Source: a bacterium
GTDB taxonomy: Bacteria; Patescibacteriota; UBA1384; 2-12-FULL-50-11
Reading direction: 5' to 3'
Length of the DNA: 64,000 nt
Assembly (NCBI GenBank): GCA_021463485.1
Contig: JAJTYJ010000001.1
Location: 1,378-65,377 of the forward strand
The notes beneath the pieces were generated by a model that was not told the DNA's origin, ran no database searches, and saw only the letters and a list, made by a program, of their open reading frames with translations. Below, piece by piece: positions 56,668 to 64,000 of the stretch. The position numbers and the translations under genes are program-made. Position 1 is the first letter of the stretch; each line of letters opens with the position of its first letter.

Positions 56668-56739
56668 TCTGTTAATACGTCGTAATTTGACCCGCAGCCG
56701 TTTTTTGTTACGTTTTTACTAACACCAGGAGGGTGGACA

Positions 56740-56865
56740 TTGCACTTACTTACTCGCAAACCTAAGATCTCGAACGCACACATGGTTGCCCGATGGGCAC
56801 GACGATTTCAGCGGCCGCAAGGCTACAGCGACAAACGTCGTGGCAGGCGTTGCCGAGCGAGATAA
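56740..56865 (+). CDS. Candidate 41-codon Arg/Lys-rich small protein (TTG start; internal ATG at 56782 gives 27 aa)
   Basis: AGGAGG at 56727-56732 is followed 7 nt later by TTG. The product is '(M)HLLTRKPKISNAHMVARWARRFQRPQGYSDKRRGRRCRAR', and the stop is immediately followed by a GCCGGG-ctcga-CCCGGC hairpin. It is too short for the ORF track. Confidence 0.3.
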   Translation: MHLLTRKPKISNAHMVARWARRFQRPQGYSDKRRGRRCRAR

Positions 56866-56871
56866 CAACAT

Positions 56872-56896
56872 GCCGGGCTCGACCCGGCACTTTTAG
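56872..56896. terminator. Hairpin terminator between the small basic ORF and the convergent CvpA-like gene
   Basis: GCCGGGCTCGACCCGGC stem followed by ACTTTT; the U-tract is weak. Confidence 0.4.
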
Positions 56897-57420
56897 TAAT
56901 CTGAGCTTCTACCCTTACCGAGTCCGCCCGTTGCTATTAGCGCAATGAGCGGCGCTATCATCCACCAAACTTCCTTGTTAATTATAACTCTCGCCACACG
57001 AGAAGTTTCGGCAAACGCGGTTTTGGCTTCGGGTGTCATGAACGAGAAAACCGCAGCCAAAATTAACGCTGAATTTAAAAAACTAAAAATCGCCAGCTCA
57101 AATGCAGTTAATTTCCCGCGCGATGACGAGCCGATTCCCAGCCCAGAGCGTATCGTCACAAGAATAATAGTAAGTAGGAAGACGCCACTCTGAATCGAAA
57201 ACGGCGAGGCGTTGGCTCGAATGAATAACTGGTTCGCAACGGTTTTGTCGCCGTTAAAGAACGCTTGTAACGGTCCACCGAGAATATTGGCCATCACGAT
57301 ACCAACATATATGGCGAGAAGTGTCACAACTACCTTATCTCGCTGAAGCACAAAGCTGTACCCGATGCTAACGATGAAAAAGATGATTAAAAATAAATCC
57401 CAACTTGGAACGGTTTGCAC
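56893..57420 (-). CDS. CvpA-like polytopic membrane protein
   Basis: 175 aa with 4 TM helices and overall CvpA (colicin V production) topology. Confidence 0.4.
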   Translation of the reverse strand: MQTVPSWDLFLIIFFIVSIGYSFVLQRDKVVVTLLAIYVGIVMANILGGPLQAFFNGDKTVANQLFIRANASPFSIQSGVFLLTIILVTIRSGLGIGSSSRGKLTAFELAIFSFLNSALILAAVFSFMTPEAKTAFAETSRVARVIINKEVWWMIAPLIALIATGGLGKGRSSDY

Positions 57421-57496
57421 CCTTTGTCCTCCTATAAATTAGTATCTAAAGAAGCGGCTCGAGTGTCAAATCTACAAGTCGTGTTACACTACCCAC

Positions 57497-58552
57497 ATGA
57501 GCGATGCTGTTGAGCTCGTCAAAAACCCTGTCGAATCTGCAAAAGAAGCTGGTTTGCGCTATTTTACCGACTCAAAACTAACAATCTCCCGCCTTAAACA
57601 CGGCGAAGGCTTTAGGTACGTAGATAAAGACGAGCAACCAATTACTGATAAAGAAACGATCGTTAGGATTAAGTCGCTAGTGCTACCGCCTGGCTGGACA
57701 AACGTTCGGATCTCACCAGTAGCTAACAGCCATCTTCAAGCAATTGGCGTAGATGAAAAGGGCCGCAAACAATACCGCTACCACCCCGATTGGCTTAAAT
57801 TTCGCGATCAAACCAAATACGACAAGCTAATCGATTTCGGCAAAGCCCTACCAAAAATTCGTACTCAGGTCTCAGAAGATCTCGCCAAGCACGGCCTGCC
57901 GCGCGAGAAAGTGTTGGCCACAATCGTTAAATTACTCGAAAAAACGATGATTCGAATCGGTAACGAGCAGTACGCTAGAGAGAATCAGTCGTACGGTTTA
58001 ACGACGCTCCAAAATCGCCACGTGGATGTCGGCACTCAAAAAGTAACGATCAATTTCAAGGGCAAAAGTGGGCAATTCCACACCATCGAACTCGAAGATC
58101 GCCGGCTTGCTCGTCTAATTGGCCGGCTTCAGGACTTGCCCGGCCAGGATTTATTCCAGTTTATCGACGAAGACGACAATCTCCACTCAATCGACTCATC
58201 AGACGTTAACGAATATATCCAAGATGCTGCCAACGACTTATTCACCGCCAAGGATTTTCGGACTTGGCGCGGTACCGTGTTAGCCGCCTGGTTTCTAGCA
58301 GACGCTGAGCGCGCCAGAAGCGAGCGAGAAAACAAGCGAATTGTTTCGCAGATTGTTAAAGAAGTCGCCAAAGAGCTCGGTAACACCCCAACAGTCTGTC
58401 GCAAGTGTTACATTCACCCAACCGTTATCGAAACGTTCTTGAGCGACTCTGGTCTAACAATTAAAGAAATTAACACCATTGAAATCGACACGGTCGATTT
58501 ACTGCCGGAAGAAAAAATTGTTTTAGAGTTCTTGAAACAAAATACGGCCTAG
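57497..58552 (+). CDS. Bacterial type IB DNA topoisomerase (poxvirus-like TopIB)
   Basis: 351 aa; 'GFRYVDKDEQPI', 'YRYHPDWLKFRDQTKYDKL', 'IRIGNEQYARENQSYGLTTL', 'FKGKSGQ' and C-terminal 'CRKCYIHP' matching the TopIB catalytic R-K-R-H...Y arrangement. Confidence 0.8.
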   Translation: MSDAVELVKNPVESAKEAGLRYFTDSKLTISRLKHGEGFRYVDKDEQPITDKETIVRIKSLVLPPGWTNVRISPVANSHLQAIGVDEKGRKQYRYHPDWLKFRDQTKYDKLIDFGKALPKIRTQVSEDLAKHGLPREKVLATIVKLLEKTMIRIGNEQYARENQSYGLTTLQNRHVDVGTQKVTINFKGKSGQFHTIELEDRRLARLIGRLQDLPGQDLFQFIDEDDNLHSIDSSDVNEYIQDAANDLFTAKDFRTWRGTVLAAWFLADAERARSERENKRIVSQIVKEVAKELGNTPTVCRKCYIHPTVIETFLSDSGLTIKEINTIEIDTVDLLPEEKIVLEFLKQNTA

Positions 58553-59152
58553 CTATCTATCGAGACTTTTAAGCTGTTCGTAAAGTTCGCGCTGCTCGCG
58601 AGTGAGGCGCTTCGGGATTTCGACGTGCAGCACAACAGTTAAATCACCACGACCGCGACGGGTTTGCTGACCCTTACCACGGAAACGAAAGGCCATACCA
58701 TCTTGGGCACCGGCAGGAATTTTTAACTCAATCTCATCACCAAAGTTAGTTTTAAATCGGACTGTATCTCCGAGCACTGCTTGGGGGATAGAGATGGAGA
58801 GCTGGACTTGAACCTGCGAGAACGCAGATTCAAATAAGTCCTCGAAAATTGAGCCAAAGCCGCCGGCCTGTCCGCCGAATCCCGCTCCAGAAAAATCAAA
58901 TCCGCCAAAACCTTGTCCGCCGGCCTGTCCGCCGAATCCGCCATGCGTTCCAGCGTGGCCGAACTGGTCGTACTGCGCTCGTTTCTGCGGATCCCCAAGT
59001 ACTTGATACGCTTCGTTTATTTCTTTAAATTTTTCGGCATCGCCACCTTTGTCTGGGTGTAACTTATGCGCCTTACTTCGGTAGGCTTTTTTAATCTCTG
59101 CTTCAGACGCAGTTTTTGAAACACCAAGAACGTCGTAATAGTCTTTAGACAT
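58553..59152 (-). CDS. DnaJ-like J-domain co-chaperone lacking the zinc-finger domain
   Basis: J-domain '[32 protein letters not shown]', a G/F-rich region '[22 protein letters not shown]', and a single C-terminal DnaJ beta-domain; no CxxCxGxG repeats. Confidence 0.8.
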   Translation of the reverse strand: MSKDYYDVLGVSKTASEAEIKKAYRSKAHKLHPDKGGDAEKFKEINEAYQVLGDPQKRAQYDQFGHAGTHGGFGGQAGGQGFGGFDFSGAGFGGQAGGFGSIFEDLFESAFSQVQVQLSISIPQAVLGDTVRFKTNFGDEIELKIPAGAQDGMAFRFRGKGQQTRRGRGDLTVVLHVEIPKRLTREQRELYEQLKSLDR

Positions 59153-59789
59153 AGTTAAGCTTTACTTTTCCATTGTGCACTACCAAGAAACTTGCCAGAC
59201 CTGGTCGTAAGAATATCCCAGAGTTAGCAAATCTAGTCGCCGCGTCAATCTCGGGGAGGTGGCTGTGTCCGCAAATTAACCACTTTTCTGACTTATTACT
59301 TTTATGCCAATTTTTCATCCTCTGGTTGCTGGTTTGGTATACATTTAGATATGGTCTCCCGATAAATCTTATTAGCAACCGTTCTAGTACTGAACCAAAA
59401 TACAAAATCCACTTAGGTAAGTTTGGATGTCGCATATCTAGCGTTGGATCGAGTAGATCGCCATGCGCAACGTAGAATTCTGTACCAGCTTGCGAAAACT
59501 CATAGCTCGTCGCTACTCTCTCGGAAAGAATTGAATAATCCTCTACGCTTTTCGGATCGTGGTTACCGAACAAATATACAGCGTTTTTCTGTTTAAAAAG
59601 CGGAAATAACTCTTTCCATCGAGAATCTAAAAATTCTTGCAGGCTCATGCCAAAACCTTCCCACAAATCCCCGTTAATTATTAGCTGATCTGCGTCCGAG
59701 ACAATATTCTTGATTAATTCAAATTTGGCGGGCTCAAACCGCTTTGTTAAATGTAAATCAGAAATAATTACTATTTTCTCGGTAGACAT
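59145..59789 (-). CDS. Calcineurin-like metallophosphoesterase
   Basis: 'IISDLHL', 'INGDLWE', 'LFGNHD' and 'CGHSH' metal-binding motifs. Confidence 0.75.
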   Translation of the reverse strand: MSTEKIVIISDLHLTKRFEPAKFELIKNIVSDADQLIINGDLWEGFGMSLQEFLDSRWKELFPLFKQKNAVYLFGNHDPKSVEDYSILSERVATSYEFSQAGTEFYVAHGDLLDPTLDMRHPNLPKWILYFGSVLERLLIRFIGRPYLNVYQTSNQRMKNWHKSNKSEKWLICGHSHLPEIDAATRFANSGIFLRPGLASFLVVHNGKVKLNYV

Positions 59790-59812
59790 CCAGCAATATT
59801 TTACCTCAAAAA

Positions 59813-59830
59813 AGTAAAGTTTGCTTTACG
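59813..59830. promoter_or_regulatory. Third copy of the GTAAAG-N4-CTTTAC palindrome (aGTAAAGtttgCTTTACg) in a 56-bp divergent promoter region
   Basis: On the plus side it lies 4 nt upstream of a TACAAT -10 (59834-59839) that would make the 59846 ORF leaderless. On the minus side it lies 10 nt upstream of a TAAAAT -10 (59798-59803) for the phosphoesterase/DnaJ-like operon. Confidence 0.45.
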
Positions 59831-59845
59831 TGCTACAATGTTTTT

Positions 59846-60076
59846 ATGAATGAAGTGCGAGAAGTTAATATCAACGTCCCGAAAAAAGCGATCGTTATTA
59901 ATAAATACGCCGAGAACGGCGGCGGCTGGATTTGGTGCTTAGGTTTTATCGGTGCCATCGTTTACTATTGGCAGAACGCCAACGGCTTTGGAGAATACTT
60001 TTTTGGATTTCTAAAAGCCTTGGTTTGGCCAGCCTATATGGTCTACGACCTGTTTAAGTTTTTGGGTGTTAACTAA
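59846..60076 (+). CDS. Small two-helix membrane protein, probably leaderless
   Basis: 76 aa; the ATG lies 7 nt after a TACAAT -10; hydrophobic segments 'WIWCLGFIGAIVYYW' and 'FLKALVWPAYMVY'. Confidence 0.35.
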   Translation: MNEVREVNINVPKKAIVINKYAENGGGWIWCLGFIGAIVYYWQNANGFGEYFFGFLKALVWPAYMVYDLFKFLGVN

Positions 60077-60738
60077 TCTTCTTTGTTTTTAAAAACTCCA
60101 CTGCAAACATCTGGGTAATCTTTTTTAAACTCGCTATCAGCAGGAACAGCTGCCCAAATTGCATCGATCCTCTTGCGAGAATCCGCGTCGAAATAGCCCA
60201 TCGGGCATAACCGATCGATAAGTAGTGACGAAGATGCTAGCTCCCAGTGAATCTGCCCGGAGCCGTCTTCTTTAGTTGGTGCACGTTGAAGTATCTCCTT
60301 GCGGCCGGTATAGCCAAGTAGCTGACCCTTCTTTATTTTGGCCAGTGGTTTGATTTCTGGTTCGATTGTATTTAGCTCCTTGTACTCAATTTTATAAAAA
60401 CCGCTATAGATCGTAACATCAATTGACCCCGCTTTGGTCTTACTGGCAGTAAAAATACGCCCATCAGCTGAAGCAATAATCGGCGTCACACCCATAAAAC
60501 CAAAATAGATACCTGGGTGACCGTTCGGGTTACCGTTGGCTTCGTTATGTTCTATTTTTTCGCCCATTGGAATTAGGCTAACCCGCGAGTCGTATTCGGG
60601 AGTAAACGGTAATGAAATTTCGATATGTTTGTGCGGTAAATACGCCCAAGGCTGGAATAGAAATAACGCCAATAGTAGTACGATTGCGCCAACCGTAATC
60701 CCCAACCATTTCAGCAATCTCATTCTTACTGTAAGCAT
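60073..60738 (-). CDS. Membrane-anchored LytM/M23-like domain protein (possibly degenerate, non-catalytic)
   Basis: TM anchor then 'GHPGIYFGF...IIASADGRIFTAS...IYSGFYKIEYKEL...GQLLGYTG...GQIHWEL', resembling the M23 HxxxD...HxH scaffold with substitutions. The start is set at the internal Met. Confidence 0.4.
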   Translation of the reverse strand: MLTVRMRLLKWLGITVGAIVLLLALFLFQPWAYLPHKHIEISLPFTPEYDSRVSLIPMGEKIEHNEANGNPNGHPGIYFGFMGVTPIIASADGRIFTASKTKAGSIDVTIYSGFYKIEYKELNTIEPEIKPLAKIKKGQLLGYTGRKEILQRAPTKEDGSGQIHWELASSSLLIDRLCPMGYFDADSRKRIDAIWAAVPADSEFKKDYPDVCSGVFKNKED

Positions 60739-60782
60739 GGCAGAAAATAAAAAAACGCGAAGGGGATGCCTTCGCGTGTCGG

Positions 60783-60995
60783 TTAGCGGCGCGCGGCGTC
60801 GTACGCTTGCCGTTCTTCCTCTGATGACGGACACGGTTTTACCAAATTACCGTAGAAGTATTTTCTTCCGAAATACAGCAACGGATTATCGGTAGCTCCG
60901 CAGAGAACGCAAACTTCGTCGTAGAGCGACGAGTCGGAGTAACGAGTTCGGTGCGTTGGGTGGCACCGGTCTTGGTATTCATTAGTGATGTCCAA
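60783..60995 (-). CDS. Hypothetical small Cys-containing protein
   Basis: 70-aa ORF with C...C...C spacing; no recognisable motif. Confidence 0.25.
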   Translation of the reverse strand: MDITNEYQDRCHPTHRTRYSDSSLYDEVCVLCGATDNPLLYFGRKYFYGNLVKPCPSSEEERQAYDAARR

Positions 60996-61067
60996 ACTGG
61001 ATATTTATCGCAAACAGTACAACGTATGTCTAGTCGACAAACGTTGACGTAATGACGGACTACCTCC

Positions 61068-61096
61068 TTGAGTAGTGAGAAGCTAGATGGTAAAAT
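61068..61096 (+). promoter_or_regulatory. Promoter (-35 TTGAGT, 17 nt, -10 TAAAAT) for the zf-HC2-like ORF
   Basis: TTGAGT at 61068-61073 and TAAAAT at 61091-61096. Confidence 0.4.
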
Positions 61097-61108
61097 GGCG
61101 CCGGAGCA

Positions 61109-61315
61109 TTGCACATGGATCAACAAAATTTAGCAACCCTCAGACGCCCCTTGGCCTGCGTTAGCCCCGAGCGAATTCGTGAGATGGCTCAGTCTGGCGA
61201 CCGCACTCAATTTCGCGCAGAAATTCTACATATGAACAGCTGTGACAAGTGTCGAAGCGCCCTCAACGAAGCCGAGGCATCTCACAAACGCGGCCGGCCT
61301 GGATACGTCGGCTAA
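61109..61315 (+). CDS. Small protein with H-x3-C-x2-C zinc-binding anti-sigma-like (zf-HC2) motif
   Basis: 'ILHMNSCDKCRSAL' fits the ZAS/zf-HC2 pattern. The ORF begins with TTG (61109), with an alternative ATG at 61115. Confidence 0.4.
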   Translation: MHMDQQNLATLRRPLACVSPERIREMAQSGDRTQFRAEILHMNSCDKCRSALNEAEASHKRGRPGYVG

Positions 61316-61328
61316 GTACACTCCCCTT

Positions 61329-61368
61329 ACGGCTCGGTTTGGACTCGTTTCAACCGAGCCGTTTTTTT
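61329..61368. terminator. Rho-independent terminator (ACGGCTCGGTT...AACCGAGCCGT plus TTTTTTT)
   Basis: 11-bp stem followed by 7 T on the plus strand; the U-tract overlaps the dnaK stop codon. Confidence 0.55.
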
Positions 61369-63256
61369 ATTTTGTTTCTTTTGGCTCGTCTGAAGATGGT
61401 TCTTCGGACTTTTTCTCATCACCTGGAGCTGGATCGGCAGACTGTTCGTACATCGCTTGACCAACTTTTTGCATCGCAGATGAGAGTTTCTCTGCTTCGG
61501 CTTTAACTTTTTCGACGTCGTCGCCACCTAAGGCTGCACGTGTCGCGGTGATCGCATCTTCGACTTCGCGCTTATCTTCTGGTTTTACTTTGTCGCCGGC
61601 GTCTTTGAGTGATTTTTCGGCAGTGTGGATAAGAGCTTCGGCCAGATTGCGCTGCTCAACGAGTTCTTTTTTCTTTTTGTCTTCTTCAGCGTGTTTTTCG
61701 GCTTCAGCTTTCATTTTTTCGATTTCGTCGTCAGACAAACCGCTGGAAGACGTGATAGTAATTTTTTGCTCTTTGTTAGTTGCTTTGTCTTTGGCCGAAA
61801 CGTTAAGAATTCCGTTAGCGTCGATATCAAACGTAACTTCGATCTGCGGAACACCGCGCGGCGCAGTTGGGATGCCATCAAGATGAAACTTACCGAGTGT
61901 TCGATTGTCGCTTGCCATCGGTCGCTCGCCTTGTAGAACGTGAATTTCAACTGAGGTTTGATTGTCGGCGGCGGTTGAGAACGTCTCGGTTTTTGAAGCC
62001 GGAATCGTGGTGTTGCGGGCAATCAACGGTGTCATCACGCCACCTAATGTTTCGAGTCCGAGCGTTAGCGGCGTTACATCGAGTAAGAGAATATCTTTCA
62101 CTTCGCCCGACAGAACACCTGCTTGTAGCGCGGCGCCGAGCGCAACCGCTTCGTCTGGGTTGACACCCTTTGACGGCTCTTTTCCGAAAACTTCTTTAAC
62201 CGTTTCTTGAATTAACGGCATTCGGGTCATACCACCAACTAAAATAACTTCGTCGATATCGCTCTTCGAGAGCTTGGCGTCTTTAATCGCTGATTCGCAA
62301 ATGGCAACAGTTTTTTTGATGAGTTCGCCGGTTAGCTGTTCGAGCTTAGCACGGCTGAGTGTTGTAACTAAGTTTTTTGGACCGTCGGCATCGGCTGCGA
62401 TAAACGGCAGATTAATCTCAGCTTCCTGTGTGGTTGAGAGTTCGATCTTGGCTTTTTCAACCGCCTCTTTAATCCGTTGCATCGCCATCGCATCGCCGCG
62501 GAGATCCATACCTTCGGATTTGTTGAATTCTTCAACAACCCAGTCCATAACTTTTAGATCGACATCGTCTCCGCCTAGGTGGGTGTCGCCGTTAGTGGAA
62601 AGTACTTCGAAGCTCGACTCGCCGTCGGTTTCGCCGACTTCGATAATAGTGATATCAAACGTACCGCCACCGAAGTCATAAATCGCGATTTTCTGATCTT
62701 TTTTAGTTTCTTTACCGAGCCCGTACGCAAGTGCGGCAGCGGTTGGCTCGTTGATGATTCGTTTAACTTCTAAACCAGCAATAGTACCGGCGTCTTTAGT
62801 AGCTTGGCGCTGCGAATCGTTAAAATAAGCCGGGACAGTTACAACTGCGCCGTCGACTTTTTCGCCGAGATAACTTTCGGCGTCGGCTTTAATCTTAGCC
62901 AAAATCATCGAGGAAACTTCTTGTGGTGAGTAATCTTTGTCGCCCATTTTTACTTTGACAGCGCTGTCAGATTTAACGATTTTGTACGGCATAAGTTTAA
63001 TGTCACGCTGCACTTCGTCGTCTTCGAACTTGCGTCCAATTAATCTCTTAACTGAATAAATGGTGTTCTCCGGATTCGTAACTGACTGACGCTTTGCCAA
63101 CTGACCAACAAGTCGTTCGCCTTTTTTATTAATGGCCACGATTGATGGCACTAAATTTCCGCCTTCGGCGGTCGGGATCATTTTGGCTTTGCCGCCTTCC
63201 ATAACAGCCGCAGCTGAGTTAGTTGTTCCTAAGTCGATACCAATTATTTTACCCAT
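61367..63256 (-). CDS. dnaK: Molecular chaperone DnaK (Hsp70)
   Basis: '[22 protein letters not shown]', 'DLGGGTFD' and '[22 protein letters not shown]'. Confidence 0.95.
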   Translation of the reverse strand: MGKIIGIDLGTTNSAAAVMEGGKAKMIPTAEGGNLVPSIVAINKKGERLVGQLAKRQSVTNPENTIYSVKRLIGRKFEDDEVQRDIKLMPYKIVKSDSAVKVKMGDKDYSPQEVSSMILAKIKADAESYLGEKVDGAVVTVPAYFNDSQRQATKDAGTIAGLEVKRIINEPTAAALAYGLGKETKKDQKIAIYDFGGGTFDITIIEVGETDGESSFEVLSTNGDTHLGGDDVDLKVMDWVVEEFNKSEGMDLRGDAMAMQRIKEAVEKAKIELSTTQEAEINLPFIAADADGPKNLVTTLSRAKLEQLTGELIKKTVAICESAIKDAKLSKSDIDEVILVGGMTRMPLIQETVKEVFGKEPSKGVNPDEAVALGAALQAGVLSGEVKDILLLDVTPLTLGLETLGGVMTPLIARNTTIPASKTETFSTAADNQTSVEIHVLQGERPMASDNRTLGKFHLDGIPTAPRGVPQIEVTFDIDANGILNVSAKDKATNKEQKITITSSSGLSDDEIEKMKAEAEKHAEEDKKKKELVEQRNLAEALIHTAEKSLKDAGDKVKPEDKREVEDAITATRAALGGDDVEKVKAEAEKLSSAMQKVGQAMYEQSADPAPGDEKKSEEPSSDEPKETK

Positions 63257-63291
63257 GTAATTCCTCCGTTAGATTTTGCATTACACAAAAA

Positions 63292-63319
63292 ATTGTAAAG
63301 TTTCCTTTACATTTGTCAA
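63292..63319 (-). promoter_or_regulatory. dnaK promoter: -35 TTGACA, 16-nt spacer, -10 TACAAT (minus strand)
   Basis: Read on the minus strand as 'TTGACAaatgtaaaggaaacttTACAAT'. A GGAGG Shine-Dalgarno lies 6 nt upstream of the dnaK ATG. Confidence 0.6.
63294..63311. promoter_or_regulatory. 18-bp palindrome TGTAAAGTTTCCTTTACA in the dnaK promoter spacer, overlapping the -10
   Basis: It differs from the 1966..1983 element at one central position. The geometry is the same: the terminal TACA of the repeat is the first four bases of the -10. Confidence 0.6.
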
Positions 63320-63338
63320 GAAATACTGCTCTAAGTAA

Positions 63339-63713
63339 TTGCCTCTGCGGGAGAATATGGTACAATTCTCGCACAACTGGAGGTGCACTTTGGAGTTGGG
63401 GCCGAATTCAAGGAGAAACTACGACTACTTCGTAGCGAACTTCCCACGACTGAGGCATTTTATCGAGATCACCTACTCGACTTGCCCACACAGGGCAACG
63501 CGCATGATCTTCGGGCTTCTCCGGGCAACCAGGTCGCCGGGCACGTACGATCCCACAATATCACGCATGAGTAATAACGAGATAATCTCGCCCGAGACCC
63601 GATCTCGTCTGGAAGAAGTCAGAGGAATCGGGGTGGGATGCGTGGTGCTCTTCGACGAGGTGACCAAACAGTGGCGAGAGGAATATCCCGAGGACTTTTC
63701 GTCGGAAGACTAA
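63339..63713 (+). CDS. Hypothetical protein divergent from dnaK
   Basis: 124-aa ORF with a TTG start (ATG at 63357), followed by a terminator hairpin. Confidence 0.3.
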   Translation: MPLRENMVQFSHNWRCTLELGPNSRRNYDYFVANFPRLRHFIEITYSTCPHRATRMIFGLLRATRSPGTYDPTISRMSNNEIISPETRSRLEEVRGIGVGCVVLFDEVTKQWREEYPEDFSSED

Positions 63714-63747
63714 GTTTGAGAGCAATAAGGTATGTAATGTAATTGGT

Positions 63748-63790
63748 CCAAATGCCGCCTTTTACCTTTCGGGGAATGGCGGCGTTTTTC
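63748..63790. terminator. Terminator hairpin (GCCGCC...GGCGGC plus GTTTTTC) between the 63339 ORF and grpE
   Basis: 'atGCCGCCttttacctttcggggaatGGCGGCgtttttc'. Confidence 0.5.
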
Positions 63791-63794
63791 TTTA

Positions 63795-64000
63795 ACTCTT
63801 TGAGACCCGGACCTTAGCTGGGCGAATTACTTTACCATTAATCTGCCAGCCGGATTCAACCTCGTCGATGATATGCTCAGCCGGAACTTCGGTGCTATTT
63901 TCGTACGAGATCGCCTCGTGCAAGTTGTGGTTAAACGGTTGGCCTTTAGTCGGGATACGTTCCAGCCCGGCTGCGGCCAGTGTCGCTTCGAGCTGCTGTT
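63795..64000 (-). CDS. grpE: Nucleotide exchange factor GrpE (C-terminal part; 5' end outside the window)
   Basis: The minus-strand translation ends '...LEATLAAAGLERIPTKGQPFNHNLHEAISYENSTEVPAEHIIDEVESGWQINGKVIRPAKVRVSKS', the GrpE beta-domain. The stop is at 63792-63794. Confidence 0.85.

Noticed and set aside
56493-56675. 60-aa plus-strand ORF across tRNA-Lys
   Set aside because: It overlaps the tRNA gene and its promoter.
56700-56890. GC-rich structured segment near tRNA-Lys considered as SRP RNA or RNase P RNA
   Set aside because: It lacks the conserved SRP domain IV (GGAA/AGCAG) and RNase P P4 (AGGAAAGUCCGGGCUCC) motifs. It is better explained as the small basic ORF plus its terminator hairpin.
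61548-62773. Several 60-135-aa ORFs on both strands inside dnaK
   Set aside because: They are internal to a highly conserved Hsp70 coding sequence; frame shadows.

Overview
This 64-kb window looks like a compact, Gram-positive-like bacterial chromosome segment, possibly from a small-genome Patescibacteria/CPR lineage such as Saccharibacteria. The lineage call is inference from gene content only: many 1-4 nt start/stop overlaps, tRNA genes without encoded CCA, near-leaderless promoters, type IV pilins, and an FtsEX-PcsB-like module. Most of the window is housekeeping. From roughly 7.7 to 21.7 kb there is one long minus-strand run: greA, serS, secA, a TPR protein, an NRAMP transporter, ftsE-ftsX plus a PcsB-like CHAP hydrolase, a bPH membrane protein, a large anchored surface protein and a processive GT2 synthase. 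A cell-wall/division block lies at 25-37 kb: pbp2-mreD-mreC-mreB, two C39-like peptidase paralogs, mltG, ruvX, an unknown 588-aa protein and ftsA. Elsewhere are an alaS lacking the C-terminal domain, a lytic transglycosylase, secG, a comM plus minor-pilin operon, miaA, an ABC-2 transporter, yvcK, trxB, a polysaccharide deacetylase, bacterial topoisomerase IB, a short DnaJ-like protein, dnaK and the end of grpE. Seven tRNA genes are present: Val-GAC, Glu-UUC, Leu-GAG, Leu-CAG, Cys-GCA, Gly-GCC and Lys-UUU. The most interesting feature is a single ORF (1999..2697) that fuses an XRE-type HTH domain to a complete Hsp20/alpha-crystallin small heat-shock protein. Its promoter carries an 18-bp palindrome, TGTAAAGTTTACTTTACA, that recurs almost identically in the same position of the dnaK promoter. 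A third copy sits in the divergent region upstream of the DnaJ-like operon. This suggests a previously undescribed heat-shock repressor/operator system. The second highlight is an accessory-looking locus at 2.7-6.4 kb. It holds four paralogous small secreted Trp/Cys-containing proteins of unknown fold, three of them in tight tandem, plus a membrane-anchored cyclophilin, flanked by tRNA-Val and tRNA-Glu. Several tRNA genes (Val, Glu, both Leu) are followed within about 50-110 bp by partial direct copies of their own 3' ends. The two tRNA-Leu scars share a common 60-80 nt module, which looks like att-type footprints of decayed tRNA-integrating elements.
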